A program made the position numbers and the translations under genes. DNA of 64,000 nucleotides, from contig JAZJZX010000004.1 in NCBI GenBank assembly GCA_040389445.1, positions 36,696-100,695 of the forward strand, written 5' to 3'. This DNA comes from Chloroflexota bacterium (GTDB taxonomy: Bacteria > Chloroflexota > Limnocylindria > Limnocylindrales > CSP1-4). The notes under the pieces are model-generated. The model did no database searches and had not been told where the DNA came from. It saw only the letters and a list, made by a program, of their open reading frames with translations. Positions 38,293 through 47,579 of this stretch are shown here, piece by piece. How positions within the stretch are numbered: the stretch's first letter is position 1; each line of letters opens with the position of its first letter.

Positions 38293-39759
38293 TGCCGGCG
38301 CGTGGACCACGGGGATGGCCCGACCACCTCGGCGACGGGCGGCGAGACGCTCGCGGGTCTCCTCGCGGTACCCGACCGTGTTGTAGGTGCAGAAGGGGAT
38401 CATCCGGCCATCGTCCTGAAGGATCCCGATGCAGCACTTCATGGCCTTCTTCACGTCGAACGTCCAGGGATCGAGGAAATCGCGCATCTGGACCATGAAG
38501 ATCCGGCGCGCGAGGTCGGTCAGCGCGGGCAGGTCGAGGTCGCAGGCCGCGCATACGAACGCCTCGGCCTGCGTTTCACCCGGAACGGAGCCGGCCGACC
38601 AGAGTGATTCCAGGGCATGGAGCACGTCCCGGTCGATCCCGGGCATGGACCGGTTCGTGATGTAGTCGAGGTACTGATCCACCTCCAGGACGCGGGGCAG
38701 CGGGATGACCTCGCCGTCGTCCCCAAGGTAGGCGTAGGTCACCGAGCTGCACGTCGGGAAGCAGCACGGAATGGGCACGAAGTCGCTGGCCCTGAAGGTG
38801 CCCCCGGGGTGCGCGTCGAGGGAACGGAGGACATCCGGGATCGTCATGCGGCGCATCGGATCGTGGTCCGGGTGCCGGCCGCTGTGGGTCACGGGCTGGA
38901 ACATGACGCCGCGAACGGCGGGATGTTTGAGCCCGAACTCGACGATGGCGCCGGCCTCGTGCTCGTTGACGTCGCGTTCGATCGCCGCCACGAGCATGAC
39001 GTGGAGGTCTGCCTCGGCCAGCCGGTCCAGCGCCCGAAGCTTGGTTTCCAGAAGCGGTTCGCCGCGGATGATGCGGTACGTGTCGTCGGTCAACCCGTCG
39101 AATTGGAGATAGACCAGTGGCCGACGCGCGGCGAAGCCCTCGAACCAGGCCGGATCGTTGGCGATCCGGACACCGTTGGTATTGACCATCACGTACCCGA
39201 TGTCGCGGGCTTTCGCCGCGTCGATCATCGAGAACAGGTCGGGATGGATGGTCGGCTCACCGCCCGAGAACTGGACCACTTCCGGGTGCCCTTCGAGTTC
39301 GACGAACCGGTCGAGCATCCGCTCGACCTCGGGCACGGTCAGGTTGAACCCGGCGCCGGCATTGGCGAAGCAGACGGGGCAGTCGAGATTGCAGGCCGTG
39401 TTGATCTCGATCAAGGCAAGGCAGGTGTGCTGGCGGTGTTCCGGGCACAGCCCGCAGTCGAGCGGACAACCGCGTGCCACCTCGGTCGAGATACGCGCGG
39501 GCGCCTGTCCCGGCTTGTTGTACTTCGCCTGGTCCACGTACGCCCGGGCGTCGGCATAGATGAGGCCCTCGAACCAGCCGTGGGTCTCGCAGCGCTTGCG
39601 CATGAAGGCCGATCCGTCCCGCAGGAGGATCTGGGCATCGATCACCACGCGGCATGTCGGGCAGATGGACCGCGTGAGTTCGTGGAGGATTTCGCCCTCG
39701 GGCCGAGGGCTGGGCGGAAGGCTCGCGGCCATCGCGCCTGCCAGTGGCCCGGTCGTCAA
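38290..39759 (-). CDS. Radical SAM domain protein with an N-terminal zinc-ribbon and a Cys-rich C-terminal region.
   Basis: The radical-SAM motif is CNLDCPVCF (CxxxCxxC), the N-terminus has CPTC...C-x-x-H, and additional C-terminal Cys clusters (CCFPTC, CAAC, KCC, FCTYN) suggest auxiliary clusters. The start codon is TTG at 39759. Confidence 0.8.
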   Translation of the reverse strand: MTTGPLAGAMAASLPPSPRPEGEILHELTRSICPTCRVVIDAQILLRDGSAFMRKRCETHGWFEGLIYADARAYVDQAKYNKPGQAPARISTEVARGCPLDCGLCPEHRQHTCLALIEINTACNLDCPVCFANAGAGFNLTVPEVERMLDRFVELEGHPEVVQFSGGEPTIHPDLFSMIDAAKARDIGYVMVNTNGVRIANDPAWFEGFAARRPLVYLQFDGLTDDTYRIIRGEPLLETKLRALDRLAEADLHVMLVAAIERDVNEHEAGAIVEFGLKHPAVRGVMFQPVTHSGRHPDHDPMRRMTIPDVLRSLDAHPGGTFRASDFVPIPCCFPTCSSVTYAYLGDDGEVIPLPRVLEVDQYLDYITNRSMPGIDRDVLHALESLWSAGSVPGETQAEAFVCAACDLDLPALTDLARRIFMVQMRDFLDPWTFDVKKAMKCCIGILQDDGRMIPFCTYNTVGYREETRERLAARRRGGRAIPVVHAPA

Positions 39760-40355
39760 CGCCCGGCCGCGCCGGCCAGGCGTTCGCCGGCCAGCCGTTC
39801 GCCGGCCAGCCGTTCGCCGGCCAGCCGTTCGCCGGCTTCGATGCGATCCGGCAGGCGGTTCTCGGCGGGCGTCAACGGGCAGGAGAAGTGCGGCGAGTAC
39901 GCACAGAAGGGGTGGTAGGCAGCGTTGAAGTCGAGGACATACGTCCCGTCTGCCTCGGGCTCGAGGTCCAGGTAACGGCCGGCACCGTAGGTTTCCGTGC
40001 CGCTGGTGGCATCGAGAAACGGCACGAACAGGGAACCATTCGCCGGCCCCAGCGCATAGGCGACGAGGGAGCGGGGTTCGTTCCTGATGCGGAACCGCAG
40101 CGATCCGAGCCGCCGGGCCGGGCGCGGGTTGTTGTCCGAGGTGGCAATCATGAATTCGGCCGGTGCGTCTCCCTCGCAGGGCTGCAGATGCAGGTCCTCG
40201 AAACGAAGGGCGGGGTCAACGGCGTAGTACGCGAGGCCGGCGAATTCGGCGCGCTGATGGGCCGGGATCGGGCTGTGCCCCGAAGAACGAAAGAACGCGT
40301 CCTTGGCCGCCCGGTCCTGCGCCAGGTGAGCCGCGTAGTCGTCGGGGCCGTGCAT
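39756..40355 (-). CDS. DUF1684-family protein with a C-terminal (GERLA)n repeat.
   Basis: It carries YHPFCAYSPHFSCPLTPAENRL (the DUF1684-like C-P-x-P-EN motif). The SD sequence GAGGAAGG lies 5 nt upstream of the ATG at 40355. The C-terminal GERLAGERLAGERLAGERLAG tract is encoded by a 15-bp tandem repeat. Confidence 0.5.
   Translation of the reverse strand: MHGPDDYAAHLAQDRAAKDAFFRSSGHSPIPAHQRAEFAGLAYYAVDPALRFEDLHLQPCEGDAPAEFMIATSDNNPRPARRLGSLRFRIRNEPRSLVAYALGPANGSLFVPFLDATSGTETYGAGRYLDLEPEADGTYVLDFNAAYHPFCAYSPHFSCPLTPAENRLPDRIEAGERLAGERLAGERLAGERLAGAAGR
39771..39840 (-). repeat. 15-bp tandem repeat (4 copies) encoding (GERLA)n at the C-terminus of the DUF1684 protein.
   Basis: The unit ccagccgttcgccgg occurs four times. 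Confidence 0.8.
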
Positions 40356-40517
40356 GGATCGCCTTCCTCGGGGCTTCAGGAATGGTTGCATCCGGCGTCG
40401 GCTGTTGAGCGACCCGCGCGCGGCGCATTGCTGATGGGGCATGCTGGCAGGCCGCTGTCAGCGCCGCCGTAACCTCCCCCACAGCCAGCGCGCCAAACGA
40501 GGCGAAGAACCCGCGGC

Positions 40518-41231
40518 TCAGGAGCCCCCGTAGAGCGGGATGCGGGCTCCGTTCACGACGCCGGCTTCGTCCGAGAGCAGATACATCACGGCCGCCGAGA
40601 TCTCCTCCGGCGTGGTCCACGACGCGTTTTTGGGGGTGGGCTCCGAATCGCGGACGCGACCCTTGTCAATCGTCCGGACGAGCAGCATGTTCACCGTCGT
40701 CCCGCTTTCCGCGAGCTCGCGCGACAGGGTGACGAGCAGGGCCTCCTGCGCCGCCTTGCCGACCGCGTAGGCAGACATCCTGGCCGTCGGATGGGAGGCA
40801 ATCGGCGACGAGATCGCCACGATTCGACCCCAGTCGCGCGTTGCGAGGTGGGGCGCGAGGGCACGCGTTACATGGAGCGTGGTCCAGAGATGCTGGTCGA
40901 GCATCGAGGTGAAGGTGTCGAGTGGCGTCTCGCTGACCGTGGTGCCCCCGGCCCATCCGCCAACGACATGGACGAGGATGTCGGCATGGCCGAAGTGGGC
41001 GATGACGGCATCGATCGCGGAGGCTGTCGCCTCCGGGTCCGTGAGGCCGGCAGACCTGCCGACCCAGCGATCCGGCGGCAGCCCCAGCTCCGAGGCGACG
41101 GCCTCGAGACGATCGAGGTGCGTCCCCAGGAGCGCCAGCCGCGCACCCGCCGCGGCCAGATCCCGAGTGACGACCATCCCGAGAGCGCCGGTCGCTCCGG
41201 TGACGATCGCGACGCGATCACGCAGGTCCAT
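40518..41231 (-). CDS. SDR-family NAD(P)-dependent oxidoreductase.
   Basis: It has the cofactor-binding motif VAIVTGATGALG and the catalytic Y-x3-K (YAVGKAA). Confidence 0.8.
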   Translation of the reverse strand: MDLRDRVAIVTGATGALGMVVTRDLAAAGARLALLGTHLDRLEAVASELGLPPDRWVGRSAGLTDPEATASAIDAVIAHFGHADILVHVVGGWAGGTTVSETPLDTFTSMLDQHLWTTLHVTRALAPHLATRDWGRIVAISSPIASHPTARMSAYAVGKAAQEALLVTLSRELAESGTTVNMLLVRTIDKGRVRDSEPTPKNASWTTPEEISAAVMYLLSDEAGVVNGARIPLYGGS

Positions 41232-41991
41232 CGGCGTACTCCTCGAGCATGTCAATGGCATCCGGGGTCATGCCGCCCACGATCGGATGGTCCATCTGCT
41301 CGCGCGGGCGCACCTTGCCATCGAGGTCGAACAGGTGACCGGACTTGGTTGCCTTGGTCTCCAGATAGAATCGGTTGTTCTCGTTCGGCGGGATCACGAG
41401 CGGGATGCGGCCCGTCACCCGTACGCCCAGGGCCTCGAGGCCGGCGATCTTGCGCGGGTTGTTCGTCATCAGCCGGATCGACCGGACTTGAAGCAGCGAG
41501 AGCATGTGGGCAGCGACCGCGTAGTCGCGCTCATCGTCCCCGAATCCGAGAGCGAGATTGGCCTCGACGGTATCCAGGCCGTGATCCTGGAGGCCGTAGG
41601 CACGGAGCTTGTTGAGGAGGCCGATTCCCCGCCCTTCCTGGCGCAGGTAGAGCACGATGCCGCGGTCCTCGGCCGCAATCGCCCGGAGCGAAGCTTCCAG
41701 CTGGTCACGACAGTCGCAGCGCAGCGAGCCGATCGCATCGCCGGTGAGGCACTCCGAGTGGATCCGGACGGGAATGTCCTCCGCGCCGAGCGGGTCGCCG
41801 TGGACGATCGCGACGTGGTCCTTCTCGTCCCGATCGTTCCAGAACGCCACGATGTGGAAGTCGCCGAAGCGTGATGGCAGGTCGGCGACCGCCGCGATCT
41901 TCACGCACACGCGGTCGGGCCCGATTCCGGGACACTCATGGTCGCGCCCCGACTCGAGGAGCTCATCGAAACTGAGATGCCGAAGGCCCAT
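41218..41991 (-). CDS. GTP cyclohydrolase II (RibA-like).
   Basis: The zinc site reads RIHSECLTGDAIGSLRCDCRDQ, and the loop LYLRQEGRGIGLLNKL is conserved. It lies outside a riboflavin operon context, first in an array of five or six same-strand genes (GCHII, SDR, DUF1684, radical SAM, MTase, membrane protein). Confidence 0.8.
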   Translation of the reverse strand: MGLRHLSFDELLESGRDHECPGIGPDRVCVKIAAVADLPSRFGDFHIVAFWNDRDEKDHVAIVHGDPLGAEDIPVRIHSECLTGDAIGSLRCDCRDQLEASLRAIAAEDRGIVLYLRQEGRGIGLLNKLRAYGLQDHGLDTVEANLALGFGDDERDYAVAAHMLSLLQVRSIRLMTNNPRKIAGLEALGVRVTGRIPLVIPPNENNRFYLETKATKSGHLFDLDGKVRPREQMDHPIVGGMTPDAIDMLEEYADGPA

Positions 41992-42028
41992 GGTCAATCG
42001 GTCCCCACGTTCAGGCTCGCGTGTGCAT

Positions 42029-43453
42029 TCACTCCGCACAGCATGACAGTTTCGAAACGTCCTTCGAAAACGCCTGGGCACCGATCTTGAGCGCCTCGCT
42101 CATCGTGGGGTAGACGTGGATCAGGTCGATGAAGTCGCCGATGCCGGCCTTGAAATGCATTGCCATCGCGGCCTCATGGATCACCTCGGCTGCCGATTCG
42201 CCGATCATGTGCACCCCCAGGATCCGCTCATCGATCGTGGACGCGATCATCTTGATCACGCCGCCGGTCTTGTGGACGGCACCCGCGCGCGGGACGTACT
42301 TGAGCGGCGTTGTTGCCGTGACCGCCGGCAGGTGCTTGGCCTTGACCTCGGCCTCGGTCATGCCGACGACGCCGATCGGCGGATCGGTGAAGATGGCCCG
42401 CGGGATGACGTGGTGGTCCACCTTGTGGCCCGCCCCGGCGAAGACGTTCTCGGCCACGATCCGGCCCTGCCTTGCCCCCACGGGCGTGGCCATCTGCGAA
42501 CCGTGCTGGCCCGCGATGACGTCGCCGGCCGCGAAGATGTGTACCTGGCGCGTCCGGAGCTGGGTGTCCACGACCACCGAGCCATCGGGCTTGACTTCCA
42601 CGCCGGCCGCCTCGAGCCCGAGATCGTCCGTGTTGGGCCGCCGTCCGGTGGCGATGAGCAGGCGCTCGGCTCGCAGGACGCGGCCGGCGCTCGGGGTCTC
42701 GACGGCCACGCTGACCACCGACCCGTCGAACGAGACCCGCTCGATCCGCGTGTTGGCGAAGACCTCGATTCCTTCGCTGTCGAACACCTCGGAGAGCGTC
42801 TCACCGAGGATGGGCTCGTAGTCGCGAAGCAGGCCCGACCGGGCGACGATCGTCACCTGGCTGCCCAGCCGCGAGAACATCTGGGCCAGCTCGACCGCGA
42901 TGTACCCACCCCCGATGACGATGATCGACTTCGGAAGCTCGGTCAGCCGACCGACCTCGTCGGCGTCGAGCAGGTCGCTGGTCAGATAGGGGACGGTGTC
43001 GAGGCCGGGGATCGCGGGAACATCCGGGCGCGAACCGGTGGCAATCAGGACGTGGTCCGCCTCGATCGTCGTGCCGGCGACGACGATGGTGTGCGGGCCG
43101 GTCATCGTCGCGTCGCCCTCGAGGACCGTGATGTCGTTCGCGCCCGCGACGCTGGCGTACTTCTTCGCCCGGTAGTCGCGGACGACCTCGTCCTTCTGGC
43201 CGATCAGGGCGGGAAAATCCACCTCGATCCGGGCGGGTGCCAGGCCGACATATCGGGGATGGGCTGCATCGTGGACGATGCGCGCCGCCTCGATGAGGTT
43301 CTTGGACGGCAGGCAGCCCCGGTTCGCACAGGTGCCGCCGAGCGTCCGTCGCTCCACCATCGCGACGCGCGCCCCGAGTTCGTTTGCCTTGATGGCGGCG
43401 GCGAAGGCGGTCGAGCCGGAGCCGAGGATGAAGAGGTCGTAGGACGTAGGCAT
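42029..43453 (-). CDS. merA: Mercuric reductase (MerA core, without the NmerA domain).
   Basis: It has the FAD/NAD(P) disulfide-oxidoreductase fold, the redox-active [13 protein letters not shown] motif, and a C-terminal ...KLSCCAE vicinal cysteine pair diagnostic for MerA. It lies divergent to an HMA/ArsR pair. Confidence 0.85.
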   Translation of the reverse strand: MPTSYDLFILGSGSTAFAAAIKANELGARVAMVERRTLGGTCANRGCLPSKNLIEAARIVHDAAHPRYVGLAPARIEVDFPALIGQKDEVVRDYRAKKYASVAGANDITVLEGDATMTGPHTIVVAGTTIEADHVLIATGSRPDVPAIPGLDTVPYLTSDLLDADEVGRLTELPKSIIVIGGGYIAVELAQMFSRLGSQVTIVARSGLLRDYEPILGETLSEVFDSEGIEVFANTRIERVSFDGSVVSVAVETPSAGRVLRAERLLIATGRRPNTDDLGLEAAGVEVKPDGSVVVDTQLRTRQVHIFAAGDVIAGQHGSQMATPVGARQGRIVAENVFAGAGHKVDHHVIPRAIFTDPPIGVVGMTEAEVKAKHLPAVTATTPLKYVPRAGAVHKTGGVIKMIASTIDERILGVHMIGESAAEVIHEAAMAMHFKAGIGDFIDLIHVYPTMSEALKIGAQAFSKDVSKLSCCAE

Positions 43454-43550
43454 GGGTCTGGACTCCGGTCAGGTTGGTCATCGGTCGATGTCGATGGGCG
43501 GGAACGCCCGAGTGAACGGTGGCGCCCGCGGCGGATCGCCGGCTGTAATC

Positions 43551-43575
43551 TATCATACGGTCTGGCGTATTAGTA
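43551..43575. promoter_or_regulatory. Candidate ArsR/MerR-type operator palindrome within the AT-rich divergent merA / HMA-arsR promoter region.
   Basis: tatcATACGgtctggCGTATtagta is a perfect 5-bp inverted repeat with a 6-bp spacer, sitting in an unusually AT-rich patch (ctgtaatctatcatacggtctggcgtattagtatgtgtgc) between the divergent genes. Confidence 0.45.
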
Positions 43576-43633
43576 TGTGTGCAAGCGTATGCCGGTCAGG
43601 CTCGGCCGACGCGCTGAACGAAGGAGAACCGCC

Positions 43634-43891
43634 ATGACTACCACGAACCCGATGCCACAGTCGCTTCGCTACATCGACCTGGGCGTCGGGCGGATGACCT
43701 GCGACGATTGCACCGTCACCGTTGCGCGGGCGCTCGAATCGGTTCCCGGGGTCAAGACCGCGGACGTGAGTCTCGAGAGCCGGAGCGCCCGTGTTACGGT
43801 CGACGCAACGGTGGATCCGGAGCAGCTGGCCGCCGCAGTCAGGGGTTCCGGCTACAACGCATTCATTCGTGGCTCGAGGAGCAGTGAATGA
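43634..43891 (+). CDS. Heavy-metal-associated (HMA) domain protein (MerP/NmerA-like metal chaperone).
   Basis: The metal-binding motif reads GMTCDDC. The SD sequence GAAGGAGAA lies 8 nt upstream, and the stop overlaps the ArsR ATG (ATGA). Confidence 0.75.
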   Translation: MTTTNPMPQSLRYIDLGVGRMTCDDCTVTVARALESVPGVKTADVSLESRSARVTVDATVDPEQLAAAVRGSGYNAFIRGSRSSE

Positions 43892-44283
43892 CGGTCTCGG
43901 ACGCAGCCTCGGGGCGCATCGGCCTCAGCAATCTCCCGATCGCGGCGACGCGTCCCGTCGCCGATCGGGCGGAGGTGCTCGCCTCGTTCTTCCAGGGCCT
44001 CGCCGATCCCAGCCGGATGCGGATCCTGGAACTGCTCGTCGAGCGGCCCCGCACGGTGTCCGAGCTCGTGCGCGAGCTGGGCCTGGCCCAGGGTCGCGTG
44101 TCGTCGCACCTGTCGTGCCTTCGCTGGTGCGGCTATGTGCAGGCCGAGGTGGAGGGGCGGTTCAACCGGTACCGCCTGGTGGACGAGCGGGTCCGCGAGA
44201 TCCTGACCCTCGGCGAGGCGGTGATCCGCGACAACGCCGATCGCCTGACGTCGTGCCTGGTCCTTGCGAACGAGGACGGCTGA
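43888..44283 (+). CDS. ArsR/SmtB-family metal-responsive transcriptional regulator (actinobacterial MerR-type).
   Basis: It has a winged HTH (LADPSRMRILELLVERPRTVSELVRELGLAQGRVSSHLSCLRWCGYV) with Cys residues for metal sensing. Confidence 0.8.
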   Translation: MTVSDAASGRIGLSNLPIAATRPVADRAEVLASFFQGLADPSRMRILELLVERPRTVSELVRELGLAQGRVSSHLSCLRWCGYVQAEVEGRFNRYRLVDERVREILTLGEAVIRDNADRLTSCLVLANEDG

Positions 44284-44330
44284 TGTAACGGATCCCGTGG
44301 GGTCCTGACCCGCCACGGTACGAATGGCCC

Positions 44331-45548
44331 GTGGCAACGCCACCCAGCTCAAGGCAGAGTCTGGCCATGAGGCAGACTCTCGAGCGGCGGCTGCTGCGTG
44401 CCGACTGGGCGATGGGACGCATCGCCCAGGTGTCCAGGTCCGTGGCGGGGCTGGGCACACCCGAAACCGCGCGTGGTCTGGCGGCGTTGAGCGCCGGTCT
44501 GGTCATGCTGGTCGGCATCGCCGCGACCTTGCGGGCCGATCCGGCCATGGCGCCGATCCTGGGCACCATCACCGTGCTGTCCGCGCTCGGACTGGGCGCG
44601 AGCCTGCTGCGTGCCCAGGTGCATGCCGACGGCGCTGCCCTCGCGATCGCGGTGACGCTGCTGTTTGCGGATCTGACGCGCGACCTTGCGCCGACGGTGG
44701 TGTGGCTGTTCGCTTTCGTCGTGCCGGGAATCGGCCTGATCAACGGGCCGCGGGCTGGAGCCGTGGCCGGCCTGCTTGCCGCGCCCGCGCTCCACCTGAT
44801 CGAGACGGGCATTCTCGTCGATCCGCTGGATCCACAGACGCCGTTCGGAATCCTCATCCTTGTTGCGCTCGGAGCGACGCCCGGTTACCTCCTCGCCGTG
44901 GCACGACGCCGGGGCGTTCTCCTGGACCGCCAGCTCGCCCGGGCCCAGATGCTGATCCGCGAAACCGAGGACGCCCGATCTGCCGAGGCCGAGGCCCGGC
45001 ATCAGGCCGTCTTCATGCTGGCCCGAGCCGCCGAGGCTCGCGACGGGACCACCGGCTTCCACATCGAGCACGTTCGCGACCTCGCGGCCGAGCTTGCGAC
45101 CGCCGCGGGGATCGCCGCCGACCAGGTCAAGGAGATCGCCTGGTCGGCAATGCTCCACGATGTCGGCAAGATTCGCGTCCCGGATCGCGTACTGCTCAAG
45201 CCGGGCAAGCTGGACGAAACCGAATGGACTCTCATCCGGAAGCATCCGCTCTGGGGTGAGGAACTGCTGAAGGGTGACGAGGGTTTCTCCCTCGCTCGGC
45301 AGATCGCGCGGTGGCACCACGAAGACTGGGACGGATCCGGCTACCCGGATGGGCTCCGCGGCACGGCGATCCCGTTCGCCGCGCGGATCACCCGGGTGGT
45401 CGATGTCTACGACGCACTTCGCAGCGAGCGCCCCTACAAGCCGGCCTGGACGCCGGCCCGGGCCCTCGAGGAACTCGAGGACATGCGAGGCCGGGGCCTC
45501 GATCCAGAGCTTACCGACCTCTTCATCGGGCTGCATCTCACCGATTGA
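44331..45548 (+). CDS. HD-GYP domain c-di-GMP phosphodiesterase with an N-terminal membrane domain.
   Basis: The catalytic region reads MLHDVGKIRVPD...HHEDWDGSGYPDGL (HD and GYP motifs). The N-terminal half is hydrophobic. The start could instead be at 44367 or 44412. Confidence 0.8.
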   Translation: MATPPSSRQSLAMRQTLERRLLRADWAMGRIAQVSRSVAGLGTPETARGLAALSAGLVMLVGIAATLRADPAMAPILGTITVLSALGLGASLLRAQVHADGAALAIAVTLLFADLTRDLAPTVVWLFAFVVPGIGLINGPRAGAVAGLLAAPALHLIETGILVDPLDPQTPFGILILVALGATPGYLLAVARRRGVLLDRQLARAQMLIRETEDARSAEAEARHQAVFMLARAAEARDGTTGFHIEHVRDLAAELATAAGIAADQVKEIAWSAMLHDVGKIRVPDRVLLKPGKLDETEWTLIRKHPLWGEELLKGDEGFSLARQIARWHHEDWDGSGYPDGLRGTAIPFAARITRVVDVYDALRSERPYKPAWTPARALEELEDMRGRGLDPELTDLFIGLHLTD

Positions 45549-45682
45549 GCGGTCCGGTACCGAGGCGTTGGCCCCGCACCGGCGCGGATCGGGTTGGTGG
45601 CAGGTAAGCCGCCACACAGCCTCGGCACGACGCGGCGCGGTACGGTGGGGTCACTCACGCCTCCCTGGAGACACAACCCTTC

Positions 45683-47050
45683 ATGAACCCATCTTCGTTT
45701 GACTTCGTGATCATCGGCGCCGGCCCGGCCGGTGAGGCCGCGGCCTACATGGCCCGGTCCCGCGGCGCTTCCGTCGCCGTCATCGATCGCGAGCTGTTCG
45801 GCGGCTCGTGCCCGTTCTGGGCGTGCATGCCCTCCAAGACCCTTCTGCACGCTGCCGCGGTGCACGCGAGCGGCGGTGACTACGACTGGCCACACGCGTC
45901 CGCCCGGCGTGACTACATGATCAACCGGGAGGGGACCGACTGGCCCAGCGACGCGGGCCATATCCGCGGCCTCGAGGGAGCCGGAGCGGTCGTCATTCGA
46001 GGCACGGCGAGATTGGCCGGCCCCGGCACGGTCGTCGTGGTCGGCGAGGGTCCGGATGTGACCCTCCAGGCGGGCCACATCATCATCGCCGTCGGCTCCA
46101 TGCCAGCCCTGCCCGTCATCGATGGACTGGAGACGATCACGCCCTGGACCAACCGCGAGGCGACGTCGACACGCCGGCTCCCCGAAAGCCTCGTGATCCT
46201 CGGAGCCGGCCCCACGGGCGTCGAGATGGCCCAGGTGTTTGCCCGCTTCGGCGTCCGGGTCGTGCTCGTCGCCGCACAAAGCGCCATCAATCCGAAGGAC
46301 CACCCGCGTAATTCCGAAGCGGTCACCGTTGGATTGCGACGCGACGGCGTCGATGTCCGCACGGGCGTGCGCGCCACGCGGATCGAAGCGCACGCGGCCC
46401 CTTCCGGCGCCCATGTCGTCCACCTGGCCGACGGTTCGACGGTCGAGGGTCACGAGATCATGGTGGCCGTTGGGCGGACCTACCCGCTGGCCGCCCTGGG
46501 CCTCGAGACGATCGGGCTGGACCCCGCGGCACCGCCACAGGCAGGACCCGATCTGCGCATCGCACACGAGGTGTTCCTCATCGGCGACCCCGCCGGCCCC
46601 GAGATGCATACCCACCTCGCCCACTACCAGGGCGAAGTCGCGGTGCGGATCGCTCTCGGCGATGCGATTCTCCCGGACTATTCGGCCATCCCCAGGGCGA
46701 TCTACACCGATCCGGAAGCAGCCAGCGTCGGCCTGACCCTCGAGCAGGCGAGGGCCGCGGGATTCGAAGCCTTCGAAGAGGTCGCCGACCTCGCCACCAC
46801 GGCCAAGGGCTACGTGGCCGAGGCGTCCGGACACGTGACCATCGTGGTTGACCGCGCAGCGAGGATCCTCCTCGGCGCCTTCATCGCCGGTCCGGCCGCG
46901 TCGGAGGTCATTCATGAGGCCGTCCTGGCCATCAAGACCAGGACCACCATCGATGTCCTGGCGGACACGATCCATGCCTTCCCGACGACGGCGCGGGTCA
47001 TGGGCGGACTCTTCGCGACGGCGCTCCGACGTATCGAGGACGGCACATGA
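45683..47050 (+). CDS. Pyridine nucleotide-disulfide oxidoreductase (flavoprotein disulfide reductase family).
   Basis: It has FAD-binding motifs (FVIIGAGPAGEAAA), a redox disulfide (GGSCPFWACMPSK) and a C-terminal dimerisation domain. Confidence 0.8.
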   Translation: MNPSSFDFVIIGAGPAGEAAAYMARSRGASVAVIDRELFGGSCPFWACMPSKTLLHAAAVHASGGDYDWPHASARRDYMINREGTDWPSDAGHIRGLEGAGAVVIRGTARLAGPGTVVVVGEGPDVTLQAGHIIIAVGSMPALPVIDGLETITPWTNREATSTRRLPESLVILGAGPTGVEMAQVFARFGVRVVLVAAQSAINPKDHPRNSEAVTVGLRRDGVDVRTGVRATRIEAHAAPSGAHVVHLADGSTVEGHEIMVAVGRTYPLAALGLETIGLDPAAPPQAGPDLRIAHEVFLIGDPAGPEMHTHLAHYQGEVAVRIALGDAILPDYSAIPRAIYTDPEAASVGLTLEQARAAGFEAFEEVADLATTAKGYVAEASGHVTIVVDRAARILLGAFIAGPAASEVIHEAVLAIKTRTTIDVLADTIHAFPTTARVMGGLFATALRRIEDGT

Positions 47051-47382
47051 CGTCCATTCCGACGGGCCCGGTGGAGGCGTCGTCACATTGCCACGTGCCG
47101 GCCGACTTCCGACCCGACGATCGACTGAAGCTTCGCGCCGAGGTCGACCGGCTGATCGCGGCAGCACAGTGGCTGGCCCGGGAGATCGACGAGGGACGCG
47201 GCTGCCACGCCACGCTCGTTCAGGCCTCGGTGCTCCAGGCCGACATCGATGCGATCGCGGCCCGCCTCGTGGACGGCCACCTCAAATACTGCGTGACTCG
47301 CGCCATCGGGTCCGGGCAGCGTCCCGACGAGATCCAGAGCCTGCTCGCGCCGATCCAGACCCTCCTGTTCGCCAGGCGATAG
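47047..47382 (+). CDS. Hypothetical 111-aa protein, translationally coupled to the upstream oxidoreductase.
   Basis: The ATG overlaps the previous stop (ATGA). No recognised domain. Confidence 0.4.
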   Translation: MTSIPTGPVEASSHCHVPADFRPDDRLKLRAEVDRLIAAAQWLAREIDEGRGCHATLVQASVLQADIDAIAARLVDGHLKYCVTRAIGSGQRPDEIQSLLAPIQTLLFARR

Positions 47383-47384
47383 CG

Positions 47385-47579
47385 GTGGCGCTCCGCTCCT
47401 TCGTCGGTGCCCTCGCGGCCCTGGCAATCGCCGGGCTCGCCGACGGTGCCGGGATTCGGGGATTGTTCATCCTCTTCGGCGCCCTGGGGCTCAACCTCAT
47501 GATCGTGACTTCGTTCTTCCTGGTCCGGCCGTATGCGACGCGCCTCCGCAGATTCCTGCCGCCCTGGCTGCCCTGGTGA
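47385..47579 (+). CDS. Possible small membrane protein (64 aa, two TM helices).
   Basis: A GTG start lies 2 nt after the previous stop. The sequence is hydrophobic (ALAALAIAGL...GLFILFGALGLNLMIVTSFFLV). Confidence 0.3.
   Translation: MALRSFVGALAALAIAGLADGAGIRGLFILFGALGLNLMIVTSFFLVRPYATRLRRFLPPWLPW

Noticed and set aside
45434-47167. 577-aa minus-strand ORF antisense to the flavoprotein disulfide reductase.
   Set aside because: The plus-strand gene has canonical FAD and CxxxxC motifs. The antisense translation is low-complexity.
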